In this document: positions 19,924-32,013 of the stretch, piece by piece
Numbering within the stretch: position 1 is the stretch's first letter
Layout of the letters: every line of letters starts with the position of its first letter
Origin: an uncultured bacterium
Lineage (GTDB): Bacteria > Patescibacteriota > CPR2 > UBA1875 > CAIMLA01
Assembly (NCBI GenBank): GCA_903842085.1
Contig: CAIMLA010000043.1
Location: forward strand, 1,563-65,562
Length of the DNA: 64,000 nt
Direction of reading: 5' to 3'
Notes under the pieces: model-generated
Told to the model about the DNA's origin: nothing
What the model saw: only the letters and a program-made list of their open reading frames with translations
The model's database searches: none
Made by a program: the position numbers and the translations under genes

Positions 19924-19951
19924 AAAAAAGGCCTGATCTGGGGCCTTTTTT
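19924..19951 (+). terminator. Intrinsic terminator
   Basis: AAAAAAGGCC-tgatctgg-GGCCTTTTTT: a hairpin followed by a T-run. Confidence 0.65.
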
Positions 19952-19953
19952 GA

Positions 19954-21954
<2,001 letters not shown>

Positions 21955-21987
21955 TTCTTGGCTAAAACAAGCTTAAATGATATACTA

Positions 21988-22290
21988 ATGACGTTTATGA
22001 GAAAAATTACCAAAGAGCAGGTGGAAGATCTAGCAAAATTAGCTCGTCTTGGGCTAACAGATGCAGAGAAAACTTCATTGGCAAGAGAAATGACGGTGAT
22101 TTTGGAGTATTCAATGTTACTCGACGAGGTTGACACAAAGGGGGTGCAACCAACAAGCCAAACCACGGAACTTAAAAATATTTTTCGTAAAGATTGTAAA
22201 GTTATTTCAGATATTGATATCAATGAAAAGTTACAAAATGCCCCTGTCAAAGAAAAAAGCTTTATCAAAGTAAAAAAAGTATTAGAGTAA
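21988..22290 (+). CDS. gatC: Asp/Glu-tRNA amidotransferase subunit C
   Basis: ITKEQVEDLAKLARLGLTDAEK...VDTKGVQPT is GatC-typical. The start is uncertain between ATG 21988, ATG 21997 and the track's TTG 21958. Confidence 0.8.
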   Translation: MTFMRKITKEQVEDLAKLARLGLTDAEKTSLAREMTVILEYSMLLDEVDTKGVQPTSQTTELKNIFRKDCKVISDIDINEKLQNAPVKEKSFIKVKKVLE

Positions 22291-22296
22291 GATAAG

Positions 22297-23760
22297 ATGG
22301 CTAACCGAACAATCATCGAACTGAATAATAAGATTGAACAAAAGACGATAACTCCTTCTCAAATATTGCAGGAGTGTTCTCAAGAGATCGATAGAGCGGA
22401 GGATGAACTAAACGCTTTTGTGACAGTCTTGCCGAAAGAAAGCTTAGAAGCGGCTAAAAAATCTGGAAAAAGAGCAGAATTAGGCAAAAGGCTGAGCAAG
22501 CTCGACGGCATACCCGTAGGGATAAAGGATGTCTTTTGTACTAAAGGAATCAGAACAACCGCCTCCAGTAAAATGCTAGACGACTTTATTCCTATCTATG
22601 ACGCGACAGTCGTCAAAAAAATAACCGACGCTGGAGCGGTCATGATCGGAAAAAATAATTGTGATGCCTGGGCACACGGAGCTTCAACAGAAAATTCTGA
22701 CTATGGAGTAACGAAAAACCCTTGGGATTTAAGCCGAGTCCCGGGAGGCTCTTCAGGCGGTTCAGCGGCGGCAGTCGCAGCCGGAGAATGTCTTTTTTCG
22801 ATTGGGAGCGATACTGGCGGATCGATCCGACAGCCAGCTGGATTCTGTGGCGTCGTTGGTTTAAAACCAACCTATGGTCGGGTCTCAAGATACGGCCTAA
22901 TTGCGATGGGATCATCCTTAGATTGCGTTGGACCAATTGCCATGACGACAGAAGATGTTGCCTTGATCTTAGAAGTAATCGCCGGTCATGATGAAAAGGA
23001 TGCAACCAGTCTTAATCTCCCAGTTCCAAAATATAGTGACAAACTCACTAAGTCGATCAAAGGCAAGAAAATTGGATGGGTCAATGAGTTCTATGAGACG
23101 GGCTTAAATGATGAGATTATAAAAGCCTTAGAGGCGGTTCGTGAAGTCTACGCCAGCTTAGGCGCGGACTTCATTGAGATTAAACTTCCCCATGCCAAAT
23201 ATAGCATCCCAGTTTATTATTTAATCCAACCGGCTGAAGTTAGCTCAAATCTTGGCCGATACGACGGAATAAAATATGGTCATAGTGCCGCCAAGAGTGA
23301 AAATTTAATAGATCATTATTTTAGATCTCGAGACGAAGGGCTAGGCGCTGAAGCAAAACGAAGAATTATGCTGGGCACTTTTGTTTTGTCCGCTGGCTAC
23401 TATGATGCTTACTACAAGAAGGCAATGCAGGTTCGAACTTTGATCAAGCAGGACTTTGAAAAAGCATTTGAGAGTGTTGATATTATTTTAGCGCCAGTAG
23501 CACCAACAACGGCCTTTAAGATTGGGGAAAAAGTTGACAATCCTCTTCAGATGTATCTAGCGGATGTCTTTACAGCCATGGTCAATCTATCAGGTAATCC
23601 CGCCCTGTCACTACCATGCGCTTTTGATAAGCAAAAATTGCCAATCGGGATGCAACTAATAGGCAAACACTTTGAAGAAGAAACAGTCTTAAATTTTGGT
23701 CATCAATACGAAAAAGCAACCGAAAAAGTTGTTTGGCGGAATAATAAAACAGTCATTTAG
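22297..23760 (+). CDS. gatA: Asp/Glu-tRNA amidotransferase subunit A
   Basis: Amidase signature GGSSGGSAAAVAAG...GSDTGGSIRQPA. Confidence 0.94.
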   Translation: MANRTIIELNNKIEQKTITPSQILQECSQEIDRAEDELNAFVTVLPKESLEAAKKSGKRAELGKRLSKLDGIPVGIKDVFCTKGIRTTASSKMLDDFIPIYDATVVKKITDAGAVMIGKNNCDAWAHGASTENSDYGVTKNPWDLSRVPGGSSGGSAAAVAAGECLFSIGSDTGGSIRQPAGFCGVVGLKPTYGRVSRYGLIAMGSSLDCVGPIAMTTEDVALILEVIAGHDEKDATSLNLPVPKYSDKLTKSIKGKKIGWVNEFYETGLNDEIIKALEAVREVYASLGADFIEIKLPHAKYSIPVYYLIQPAEVSSNLGRYDGIKYGHSAAKSENLIDHYFRSRDEGLGAEAKRRIMLGTFVLSAGYYDAYYKKAMQVRTLIKQDFEKAFESVDIILAPVAPTTAFKIGEKVDNPLQMYLADVFTAMVNLSGNPALSLPCAFDKQKLPIGMQLIGKHFEEETVLNFGHQYEKATEKVVWRNNKTVI

Positions 23761-23767
23761 GAGGAGC

Positions 23768-24526
23768 ATGGGGAGAGCACAGAAATTAAAAGAACAAAGG
23801 AAAATTGAAAAAGCGAAAAATCTTGAACGAAAGAAAAGAAGAAAAGTCCTTTTGTTCAGAGGGATCGCGATAACGGCTGGGCTAGTCATTGTTGGCAGTC
23901 TAGGATTTTACGGTGTGGCTTTGGCCAAAAATCGCTGGTTTAGTAATAATAAAGTTTCACAAGGAGAGGATCTCAAAGTGGATAAAGTAAAAAATAGCAA
24001 TAAGACCTATGCCAAAGCCCCAGAGATGAAGATTGATCCTAGTAAAAAATATATTGCTAAGATTGATACTAACAAGGGGAGCTTTGAGGCTGAATTAGAC
24101 GCAAAAAATGTTCCGATTACAGTCAATAATTTTGTTTCTCTATCAAAGGATAAGTTTTATGACGGCTTATCTTTTCACCGGATCGTTAAAGATTTTATGA
24201 TCCAGGGAGGGGATCCAAAAGGGGATGGCACTGGAGGGCCGGGGTATAAATTTAATGACGAACCAATCGTCGGCGATTACACCCCAGGGACTTTAGCAAT
24301 GGCAAACTCTGGTCAAAATTCAAACGGTTCGCAATTTTTTGTGATGACAGGAGATTATTCGAGCGGGAAACTCCCTAAAAATTATGTTATTTTTGGTAAA
24401 GTCATTTCTGGTATGGACGTAGTCCAGAAAATTGGCGCAACTCCAACGACAAATGGTGGTCAGGGAGAGCAATCAAAACCAACCGAAGTCGTTACGATTA
24501 ATAATATTACGATTGAGGAAAAATAA
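23768..24526 (+). CDS. Peptidyl-prolyl cis-trans isomerase (cyclophilin type), membrane-anchored
   Basis: FHRIVKDFMIQGGDP, GTLAMANSG and NGSQFF are cyclophilin motifs. The ATG at 23768 follows AGGAGG; the track's upstream start (23696) overlaps gatA. Confidence 0.88.
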   Translation: MGRAQKLKEQRKIEKAKNLERKKRRKVLLFRGIAITAGLVIVGSLGFYGVALAKNRWFSNNKVSQGEDLKVDKVKNSNKTYAKAPEMKIDPSKKYIAKIDTNKGSFEAELDAKNVPITVNNFVSLSKDKFYDGLSFHRIVKDFMIQGGDPKGDGTGGPGYKFNDEPIVGDYTPGTLAMANSGQNSNGSQFFVMTGDYSSGKLPKNYVIFGKVISGMDVVQKIGATPTTNGGQGEQSKPTEVVTINNITIEEK

Positions 24527-24973
24527 ATGTTCCAAACGATTGTCGTCGCTTTAATCGCTTTTCTCCTAGCCTATATAATGGCCTTAGCGATTTTGCGAAA
24601 CAGAAATAGAAAAATAATTAAATCTGGTCAATCAACAATAATGAATAAAAAGTTTGTTCAAGAAAAATGGTCTGAGATCGAGCAGACTTTCGGACTCGGC
24701 GGACCAAGTCATTTTAAGGCCAGCATTATGGAAGCGGACAAATTAGTTGATTATGCTCTCAAAGGTAAAGGCATCAAGGGAAATACCTTTGGTGAGAGAC
24801 TAAAAAATGCCAAATCACAATTTTCTAGTTATTCTGATTATGATAATCTTTGGTTTGCCCACAAAGTCAGGAACAATATTGCTCACGAATCAACCCATGA
24901 TCTGAATTCTGCCGAGGCAAAAAAGGCGATTGAATATTACAAAAAAGCCTTATTAGAAATGAAGGTACTATAA
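24527..24973 (+). CDS. Hypothetical membrane-anchored protein with a HEPN-like R-x4-H motif
   Basis: One N-terminal TM helix and a helical C-terminal domain with WFAHKVRNNIAHES (R115-x4-H120). It lies between the cyclophilin gene and gatB with no intergenic spacing. Confidence 0.55.
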   Translation: MFQTIVVALIAFLLAYIMALAILRNRNRKIIKSGQSTIMNKKFVQEKWSEIEQTFGLGGPSHFKASIMEADKLVDYALKGKGIKGNTFGERLKNAKSQFSSYSDYDNLWFAHKVRNNIAHESTHDLNSAEAKKAIEYYKKALLEMKVL

Positions 24974-26455
24974 ATGATTAAATACGAAACTGTCATCGGT
25001 TTAGAGATACACGCTCAACTAAAGACTGAGAGTAAGATGTTTTGTTCTTGTGATAATTATTCAGTTGACGCTAAGCCAAACGAAAATACTTGTCCAATCT
25101 GTCTTGGTATGCCCGGAACCTTGCCTGTTCCAAACAAAAAAGCAATCGAATGGGTATACTTGCTGGGGCTTGCCTTGAATGGCAAAATTGCCGAAAAGTT
25201 TAATTTTGAACGAAAAAATTACTTTTATCCAGATTTGCCGAAAGCGTATCAGATTACCTCGAGTACTAAGCCACCGGTTATTGGAGGCAGAGTAGAAATA
25301 GAAACTGAAGGGGTAATACAAAACATTAGGATAAATCATATCCATCTTGAGGAAGACGCTGGAAAACTCATTCACCCGAAGCTTGGAGAATACAGCCTGG
25401 TGGATTTAAACCGAGCCGGAACGCCTTTACTCGAAATAGTGACTGAGCCCGATATGAGAGCTCCTAGAGAGGCCAGAATCTTTATGCAAGACCTCCGCTC
25501 GATTTTACGTTATCTCAGTATCTCTGATGCTAATATGGAGCAAGGGAATCTAAGATGTGACGCCAATATATCTTTACGCCCAGTCGGCCAGAAAGAGCTT
25601 GGCACAAAAGTTGAAATAAAGAATATTAATTCTTTTAAGATGATTGAGCGAGCCATTGAGTATGAAGTCGAAAGACAAATGGAATTGCTTGGTGAGAACA
25701 AAAAAGTTGTTCAAGAAACCAGAGGCTGGGATGAGTCAAAAGGAAAAACTTTAGGTCAGAGAAGTAAGGAGGAGGCTAACGACTATCGATACTTTCCTGA
25801 GCCCGATATTCCCCCCCTTGAACCTTATTCTGGAAAAGAGATTGATTTTGACGAGATTAAAGCATGGCTCCCCGAATTACAGAAGGAGAAAAGTCAAAGA
25901 TTCATCAATGAATACAACCTATCGACTCAGGATGCAGAGATATTGACCAGCGACTTGGAGTTGTCGAGATATTTCGAACAAACTTTGGAAGAACTGCCCG
26001 ATATAACCAAAAACGATGAAATAAAGAAACAAAAAGCAAAAAAAGTCTCAAACTGGATTATTAGTGAGGTCTTAGCGAAATTGAATTTAGCGGGTATTTC
26101 TATTAGCGATTGTAAGGTCAACCATAAAGACTTAGCCGAACTTTTGGATAAAGCCGATCACGGTGAGATAAGTGGAAAAATTGCCAAAGAAATCTTTGCT
26201 GAAATGTTCGAGACCGGGAAGAACTCAGAACAAATCATCAAGGCCAAGGGTCTCTCCCAAATCAGCGATACTGGTGCGGTCAAGGTGATGATCACTGAGG
26301 TGATAAAAGAGAACCAAGGTCCAGTCTCTGATTTTAAAGCTGGTAAGGAAAAAGCCTTTGGCTATTTAATTGGTCAAGTGATGGCCAAATCACGGGGTCA
26401 AGCCAACCCTCAGGTCGTGAACGAAATATTAAAAGATTTATTAGATAAGGAGTAA
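24974..26455 (+). CDS. gatB: Asp/Glu-tRNA amidotransferase subunit B
   Basis: YETVIGLEIHAQL, CPICLGMPGTLP, RKNYFYPDLPKAYQIT and a C-terminal GatB/YqeY domain. Confidence 0.94.
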   Translation: MIKYETVIGLEIHAQLKTESKMFCSCDNYSVDAKPNENTCPICLGMPGTLPVPNKKAIEWVYLLGLALNGKIAEKFNFERKNYFYPDLPKAYQITSSTKPPVIGGRVEIETEGVIQNIRINHIHLEEDAGKLIHPKLGEYSLVDLNRAGTPLLEIVTEPDMRAPREARIFMQDLRSILRYLSISDANMEQGNLRCDANISLRPVGQKELGTKVEIKNINSFKMIERAIEYEVERQMELLGENKKVVQETRGWDESKGKTLGQRSKEEANDYRYFPEPDIPPLEPYSGKEIDFDEIKAWLPELQKEKSQRFINEYNLSTQDAEILTSDLELSRYFEQTLEELPDITKNDEIKKQKAKKVSNWIISEVLAKLNLAGISISDCKVNHKDLAELLDKADHGEISGKIAKEIFAEMFETGKNSEQIIKAKGLSQISDTGAVKVMITEVIKENQGPVSDFKAGKEKAFGYLIGQVMAKSRGQANPQVVNEILKDLLDKE

Positions 26456-26457
26456 GC

Positions 26458-27006
26458 ATGGAGATTGTAAATGCCTTTATTCAGCCCTTTCTTTTGTTAG
26501 CTCCCAAGATTCCAATTACGATAATTAGCTTTATCATCGGTTATGTTATTATTTGGGTCTTAATATTGATTTTGAAAAAATCAATTGCTTATCTCCGACT
26601 GACAAAATCGGTCCGGGGTCTGATTGTCGGCTGTGCCAGTGCGTTTTTGTGGGCTTTTTTGATCATGCACCTTCTAGAAATATTAGGATTAAGCAGTCTC
26701 ATTGTCCTTATTTCAGGGTCCGCCGTTTTTTTAGGCTTTATCCTAAATCAAGGCTTAGCTCAAACGATTAGTGACATCGCTTCTAGTATCTCTTTAGCTC
26801 AAGACAAGGATTTTAAAATTGGCTCGATCGTTTCGTTAAATGAAGGAAAAACAATTGGCGAGATAATTTCACTTGATATGAGAAAAGTTAGAATTATGGA
26901 CAAAAAAGGAAAATTACATGTCGTGCCAAATTCAATGATAGATAAAGGCGAGTGGATTCTTATGGAAAAACCAGTAAAGCATGAAAGTTATAAATCAAAA
27001 AAATGA
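26458..27006 (+). CDS. Small MscS-like mechanosensitive channel family protein (short form)
   Basis: Three TM segments followed by FKIGSIVSLNEGKTIGEIISLDMRKVRIMDKKGKLHVVPNSMI, which resembles the MscS beta-domain. It lacks the usual C-terminal domain. Confidence 0.5.
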   Translation: MEIVNAFIQPFLLLAPKIPITIISFIIGYVIIWVLILILKKSIAYLRLTKSVRGLIVGCASAFLWAFLIMHLLEILGLSSLIVLISGSAVFLGFILNQGLAQTISDIASSISLAQDKDFKIGSIVSLNEGKTIGEIISLDMRKVRIMDKKGKLHVVPNSMIDKGEWILMEKPVKHESYKSKK

Positions 27007-27613
27007 TAACCTCTGGCTAGAGGTTGAGCGGGCCTATGACGAAGAGACACCGTCTGGCTATAAAATGGCCTGCATTGAAGCTGAGAAGGCGTTCAAAAAT
27101 GCTTTGAAAGAAAAGGGCTATCCTTATCGTGATGTTGGACAAACTCTATCACGTTTTAGTTGGAAGTTTTCGAATCGAGAAGATCTGAAAAAGGCGATTA
27201 CAAAAACCGAGCAAATAAAAGAAACCTTTGATTATCAACTTTCAAGCTTTGAGACAGAGGACATCATTGCTGCCTATAAACAATCAATAAAAGATATCGC
27301 CGAAAAAAAACCACTTTCGTGGAAGAAAAAAGCGGTTTGGTTCTACCAAGATTATTTATCTTTCAAAGCGTCGTTCATTAAAAAATTGATTATCGGCACC
27401 CTCATATTCTTTTTGATCATCAAATTTTTAGCAAAGACCTCCCTCGGGCAAAACTTAGTGGCTTTTTTGGTCTCTTTCTCGGACCTTATTTATTCGTGGT
27501 TTATGCTCTTTATAATTCTAATCATCGGAATTGGAATATTAGTGATTATAGTTTTTGCTTATCTAGAAGGTAAAAGAACCAAGATCGAAAATAATGATCA
27601 AAAAAGGACTTGA
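26981..27613 (+). CDS. Hypothetical membrane protein
   Basis: A soluble helical N-terminal half, then two or three TM helices. It overlaps the preceding gene by 26 nt, so the start is uncertain. Confidence 0.45.
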   Translation: MKVINQKNDNLWLEVERAYDEETPSGYKMACIEAEKAFKNALKEKGYPYRDVGQTLSRFSWKFSNREDLKKAITKTEQIKETFDYQLSSFETEDIIAAYKQSIKDIAEKKPLSWKKKAVWFYQDYLSFKASFIKKLIIGTLIFFLIIKFLAKTSLGQNLVAFLVSFSDLIYSWFMLFIILIIGIGILVIIVFAYLEGKRTKIENNDQKRT

Positions 27614-27668
27614 GACAACCGTCATTCCTCTATAAAATGATAGTAGTTGGGGCGATTTGATCATTAAT

Positions 27669-27699
27669 AAAAGGCCGTTTTTTTGAGTGAGGCCTTTTT
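27669..27699 (+). terminator. Intrinsic terminator candidate
   Basis: AAAAGGCC-(14 nt loop)-GGCCTTTTT. Confidence 0.5.
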
Positions 27700-27716
27700 G
27701 ATTTATAAGAGGGGAT

Positions 27717-30700
27717 TTGAATACATTGGCAAAAACTAAAACAAAATTTATCCATCTGCACGTTCATACCCATTATTCTTTACTCGATGGGATGGGTAAA
27801 ATTCCAGATTATTTAGATAAAGCCCAAAAATTAGGCATGGACTCCTTGGCGATTACTGACCACGGGGTGATGTACGGAGCGATAGAATTTTATAAGGAAG
27901 CAAAAAAGCGCAACATTAAGCCGATTATCGGCTGTGAATGTTATGTTGCTCCGAGAAAACTAACTGACAAAACGGCTAGAATTGATACTAAGCCGTTTCA
28001 TTTGATTTTGTTGGCCAAGGATTTTACGGGCTATCAAAATTTGATGCAATTAGTCACGACTGCTCATTTGGTTGGCTATTACTATAAGCCTAGGGTTGAT
28101 AAAGATTTGTTGAGATTACATTCAGCTGGTTTAATCGGACTCTCAGCTTGTCTGCAAGGGGAGGTCGCTTCCCAGATTGTGAACGTTAATCGTGAAGCAG
28201 CCAAAAAGGCCGCGCTTCAATATAATGAAATATTTGGACAGGATAATTTTTATTTAGAATTACAGGATCATCCTGACCTTCCTGAACAGAAATTAGTTAA
28301 TGCTGAATTGATAAAATTGTCTAAAGAGACTGGCATCCCGCTAGTCGCCACGAACGATGTTCATTATGCCAACCTTGATGACGCTGAGGCGCAAGATGTC
28401 TTGATTTGCGTCCAGACAGGCCGACTTGTCGCTGATGAAGACCGAATGCACATGACGACGGACAATAGTCTTCGTGATATCGAAAACATGGAATTAGCTT
28501 TTGGCCATGTCCCAGAGGCTCTCGAGAATACTCTTAAGATTGCGGACAAGTGTAATTTGGAGCTAAATTTAGGTGGAATATTGATTCCTGATTTTCCAGT
28601 GCCAGACGGTTACACTCTACGTTCTTACCTCGAAAAATTAGTTGATAAGGGGATCAAGGAGCGCTATGAGGTTATCTCGCCTGAGATTGATGAGCGAATA
28701 AAATATGAACTCTCGGTTATCGAGAAGATGGCTTATGAAGGGTATTTTTTGATTGTTGCTGATTACGTCAATTGGGCTAAGGACAACGGGATTGTGGTCG
28801 GTCCAGGTCGTGGCTCTGGAGCCGGCTCTATTATTGCTTATGCTTTAAAGATTGTCGACATTGATCCGATAAAATATGACCTTCTCTTTGAGCGCTTTTT
28901 GAATCCAGATCGAATCTCCATGCCCGATTTTGATATAGATTTTGCCGATGATCGAAGGCATGAAGTCATCACCTATGTCACCGGAAAATATGGCCAAGAT
29001 CACGTTGCTCAAATTATAACCTTTGGTACGATGGCCGCTCGAAACGCAATTCGTGATGTTGGCAGAGTTTTGGGAATTAGCTATGGAGAGGTCGACAAAA
29101 TCGCAAAGTCAGTTCCTGAGAAAATGAATCTCAAAGAAGCCCTCGTTAGCTCGTCTGAACTGGCAGCCTTTACTCGAGAAAGTGATATTTATAATAAATT
29201 GATTGGTTTAGCTACTAAGCTTGAGGGAGTGGCTCGACATTCTTCGACCCATGCTGCTGGTGTTGTTATTTCAAAAGAACCGCTGGTCGAATACGCACCA
29301 CTTCAGAAAGCAACCAAGGGGGAACTAGCGATAAACACCCAATATGACATGGGGAGCTTGGAAAGTATTGGGCTTCTGAAAATGGACTTTTTGGGTCTTT
29401 CGAATCTTACCATCATTAAAAATACGATGAGAATTGTTAAAAAAGTTTATGGTGAAGAGATTGATCTTTATCATATCCCAATGGATGACAAAAAAACCTT
29501 TGACCTTCTAAGCCGAGGCGATACGACTGGAGTCTTCCAACTTGAGTCGGCCGGGATGAAGCGATATATTAAGGAGCTGAAACCAACCGTCTTTGAAGAT
29601 ATCATCGCGATGGTCGCACTTTACCGACCAGGCCCGATGCAGTTTATCGACGATTTTATCTCACGAAAGCATGGGCGAAAAAAACTTCATTATGATCATC
29701 CCTTGATGGAAAACGCACTTTCAAATACCTACGGGATTATTGTTTACCAAGAACAGCTCATGCAGGTCGCAAAAGATATGGCTGGTTTTTCAGGAGGGGA
29801 TGCGGATACATTGAGGAAGGCAATGGGAAAGAAAATTGCTGACCTAATGAAAAAAATGAGAGAGAAGTTTATCCAAGGATCAATAAAAAACGGAGTCGAA
29901 GAAAAAACCGCTATAAAAATCTTTAATGATTTTGAAAATTTTGCTCAATATGCTTTTAATAAATCGCATGCATCTTGCTACGCCCTTATTGCTTACTGGA
30001 CGGGCTACTTAAAGGCTCATTATCCGGCCTCATTTATGGCGGCCTTGTTGACGAGTGACTACGGAAACTCTGATCGAATTGCCATTGAAATAGCGGAATG
30101 CCAAAGAATGAAAATAGAGGTTTTACCACCAGATGTGAATGAATCTTTTTCTGAATTTGGAGTAGTTAAAGAGACTGGGAAAATTCGGTTTGGCTTATCG
30201 GCGGTCAAAAATGTTGGGATGGGGGTAATTGACGCCATTCTGAAAGCGAGGGGAGAAGGGGGCAAATTTAATAGTATTGAGGATTTTGCTCGTCGAGTTG
30301 GCGCTGGGGAGCTTAATAAGAAAGTTATGGAGAGCTTGATGAAGTGCGGGGCTTTTGATTCTCTCGGGGAAAGGCAAATTCTGTTGTTTAATATGGAAAA
30401 AATAATAAGTTTTGCTGGGCTAGCCCAAGGCCATGCTGCAAACGGACAAATTGATTTATTTGGCGGGAGCGGAGTCAGTCTGCCTCCATTAAAGCTTGAA
30501 AAGCCTGATCACGAATTAACAATGAGAGAGAAATTAAACTGGGAAAAAGAACTTCTGGGGATATATATCTCAGAACACCCCACCAGTGAATATGCCGATT
30601 ATTTTTTGCGAGCAGGGGCAAAGCCGATTCTTGAGATTACGGAGAATCTTTCCAACCAGATGATTCTAACGGGTGGGGTTATTACTTCAATTCAAAAGAT

Positions 30701-31199
30701 ACAAACCAGGACTAAGGAAACAATGTATTTTGTGATATTTGAAGATACTACAGCCAGAATAGAGTTAATTGTTTTTCCAAAAGTGATTAAACAGTACCCG
30801 GAGATATGGGAGGTTGGTCGGTTATTATTAGTTTCGGGCAAAGTTAATACCAAAGACAGCCAAGGGAATCAAAACAATCAAATAAAAATAATTGTAGAAA
30901 AAATAAAAGAAGTGGAGGCGAACTTGGAAGAATTAGATACAAAAATAACAGACCCTTTGATTACGCAATCTGTCAAGGAGGATAAGGATGGGACGATTAG
31001 TATCTATATCCCGAGAGGCACGGCAGCTGAAGCCTTGAATGATATCAAGCGGCAATTGGCTAATAATAAAGGTGAGCATGCTGTCGTTGTCTATGTCCCA
31101 AACGGGGCGAGTGGTCCAAAAAAGGTTCGATTGCCCCATGGGATTAATTACAATGCCAAAATAGCCGAAGATATTTGCAAACGGCTTGCTCGTAATTAG
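27717..31199 (+). CDS. dnaE: DNA polymerase III alpha subunit
   Basis: PHP domain FIHLHVHTHYSLLDG, the polymerase core (PDFDIDF) and an OB fold. The start is TTG 27717 or TTG 27726. Confidence 0.94.
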   Translation: MNTLAKTKTKFIHLHVHTHYSLLDGMGKIPDYLDKAQKLGMDSLAITDHGVMYGAIEFYKEAKKRNIKPIIGCECYVAPRKLTDKTARIDTKPFHLILLAKDFTGYQNLMQLVTTAHLVGYYYKPRVDKDLLRLHSAGLIGLSACLQGEVASQIVNVNREAAKKAALQYNEIFGQDNFYLELQDHPDLPEQKLVNAELIKLSKETGIPLVATNDVHYANLDDAEAQDVLICVQTGRLVADEDRMHMTTDNSLRDIENMELAFGHVPEALENTLKIADKCNLELNLGGILIPDFPVPDGYTLRSYLEKLVDKGIKERYEVISPEIDERIKYELSVIEKMAYEGYFLIVADYVNWAKDNGIVVGPGRGSGAGSIIAYALKIVDIDPIKYDLLFERFLNPDRISMPDFDIDFADDRRHEVITYVTGKYGQDHVAQIITFGTMAARNAIRDVGRVLGISYGEVDKIAKSVPEKMNLKEALVSSSELAAFTRESDIYNKLIGLATKLEGVARHSSTHAAGVVISKEPLVEYAPLQKATKGELAINTQYDMGSLESIGLLKMDFLGLSNLTIIKNTMRIVKKVYGEEIDLYHIPMDDKKTFDLLSRGDTTGVFQLESAGMKRYIKELKPTVFEDIIAMVALYRPGPMQFIDDFISRKHGRKKLHYDHPLMENALSNTYGIIVYQEQLMQVAKDMAGFSGGDADTLRKAMGKKIADLMKKMREKFIQGSIKNGVEEKTAIKIFNDFENFAQYAFNKSHASCYALIAYWTGYLKAHYPASFMAALLTSDYGNSDRIAIEIAECQRMKIEVLPPDVNESFSEFGVVKETGKIRFGLSAVKNVGMGVIDAILKARGEGGKFNSIEDFARRVGAGELNKKVMESLMKCGAFDSLGERQILLFNMEKIISFAGLAQGHAANGQIDLFGGSGVSLPPLKLEKPDHELTMREKLNWEKELLGIYISEHPTSEYADYFLRAGAKPILEITENLSNQMILTGGVITSIQKIQTRTKETMYFVIFEDTTARIELIVFPKVIKQYPEIWEVGRLLLVSGKVNTKDSQGNQNNQIKIIVEKIKEVEANLEELDTKITDPLITQSVKEDKDGTISIYIPRGTAAEALNDIKRQLANNKGEHAVVVYVPNGASGPKKVRLPHGINYNAKIAEDICKRLARN

Positions 31200-31212
31200 T
31201 TTATTAATGTTG

Positions 31213-31241
31213 TTGACTGAAAAACAATATTTAGCTATAAT
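31213..31241 (+). promoter_or_regulatory. Consensus sigma70 promoter upstream of rplS (TTGACT-17 nt-TATAAT)
   Basis: The -35 is at 31213-31218 and the -10 at 31236-31241, with a 17-nt spacer. Confidence 0.6.
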
Positions 31242-31297
31242 TAGTCTCGCGTTTAAGCATTTCTTTGTTAACGCTGGTTTATATGAAAGGCGATGAG

Positions 31298-31942
31298 ATG
31301 ATCGGTAAAATAAATGATAAACAACTAAAAAACGTTCCACAACTAGCCCCCGGTGACACTGTTCGTGTTCACGCGAAAATTATTGAAGGCAGCAAAGAGC
31401 GTATCCAGATATTTGAAGGAGTCGTCTTAAGAGTCAAAGGGGATGGCATCAATACCTCATTTACGGTTAGAAAAATATCTTATGGTGTTGGGGTAGAGAG
31501 ACTATTTTTATTGCACTCTCCGAAACTAGCTAAAGTTCAGGTTGTCAAAAGAGCTAAAGTCCGCCGAGCCTATTTGACCTATCTAAGAGAATTGAGAGGC
31601 AAGAGTGCTAAACTTCGGGATAAACAATTTGATGCTTTAGCGGTAAACATTAAAGAAGAAGAGCTAAAACCAGAGGACTTGGCACCACCAAAGATTGAGG
31701 AAGCAGAAGAAACTCAGAGCCAACCCAGTGAATCAATCAACATCTCGTTAGCGGAGAGTACTGAAGAAATCGCTGAGGAAGAGACAAGATTAGACGAAAC
31801 CGCTGAACTGGCAGATATGGATGAGTCAGAAGCCCCTGAAGTGGAAGTCACTGAAGGCTTAGCCGAAGCACAGAAAGATATTGAAAATGCAGAAGCACTT
31901 GAGGGCAAACAAGCCGAAAAAAAAGTTGAAGAACTTACATAA
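31298..31942 (+). CDS. rplS: 50S ribosomal protein L19 with an acidic C-terminal extension of about 90 aa
   Basis: [31 protein letters not shown] and [13 protein letters not shown] are canonical L19. The start is ATG 31298 or 31283; the track's TTG 31265 is unlikely. Confidence 0.88.
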   Translation: MIGKINDKQLKNVPQLAPGDTVRVHAKIIEGSKERIQIFEGVVLRVKGDGINTSFTVRKISYGVGVERLFLLHSPKLAKVQVVKRAKVRRAYLTYLRELRGKSAKLRDKQFDALAVNIKEEELKPEDLAPPKIEEAEETQSQPSESINISLAESTEEIAEEETRLDETAELADMDESEAPEVEVTEGLAEAQKDIENAEALEGKQAEKKVEELT

Positions 31943-31948
31943 ACAATA

Positions 31949-31973
31949 AAAAGAACCGAAAGGTTCTTTTTTC
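31949..31973 (+). terminator. Intrinsic terminator after rplS
   Basis: AAAAAGAACC-GAAA-GGTTCTTTTTT. Confidence 0.7.
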
Positions 31974-32013
31974 TTATTCGGTCGATATCGACAGATAGTA
32001 GTATAATTTCAAT

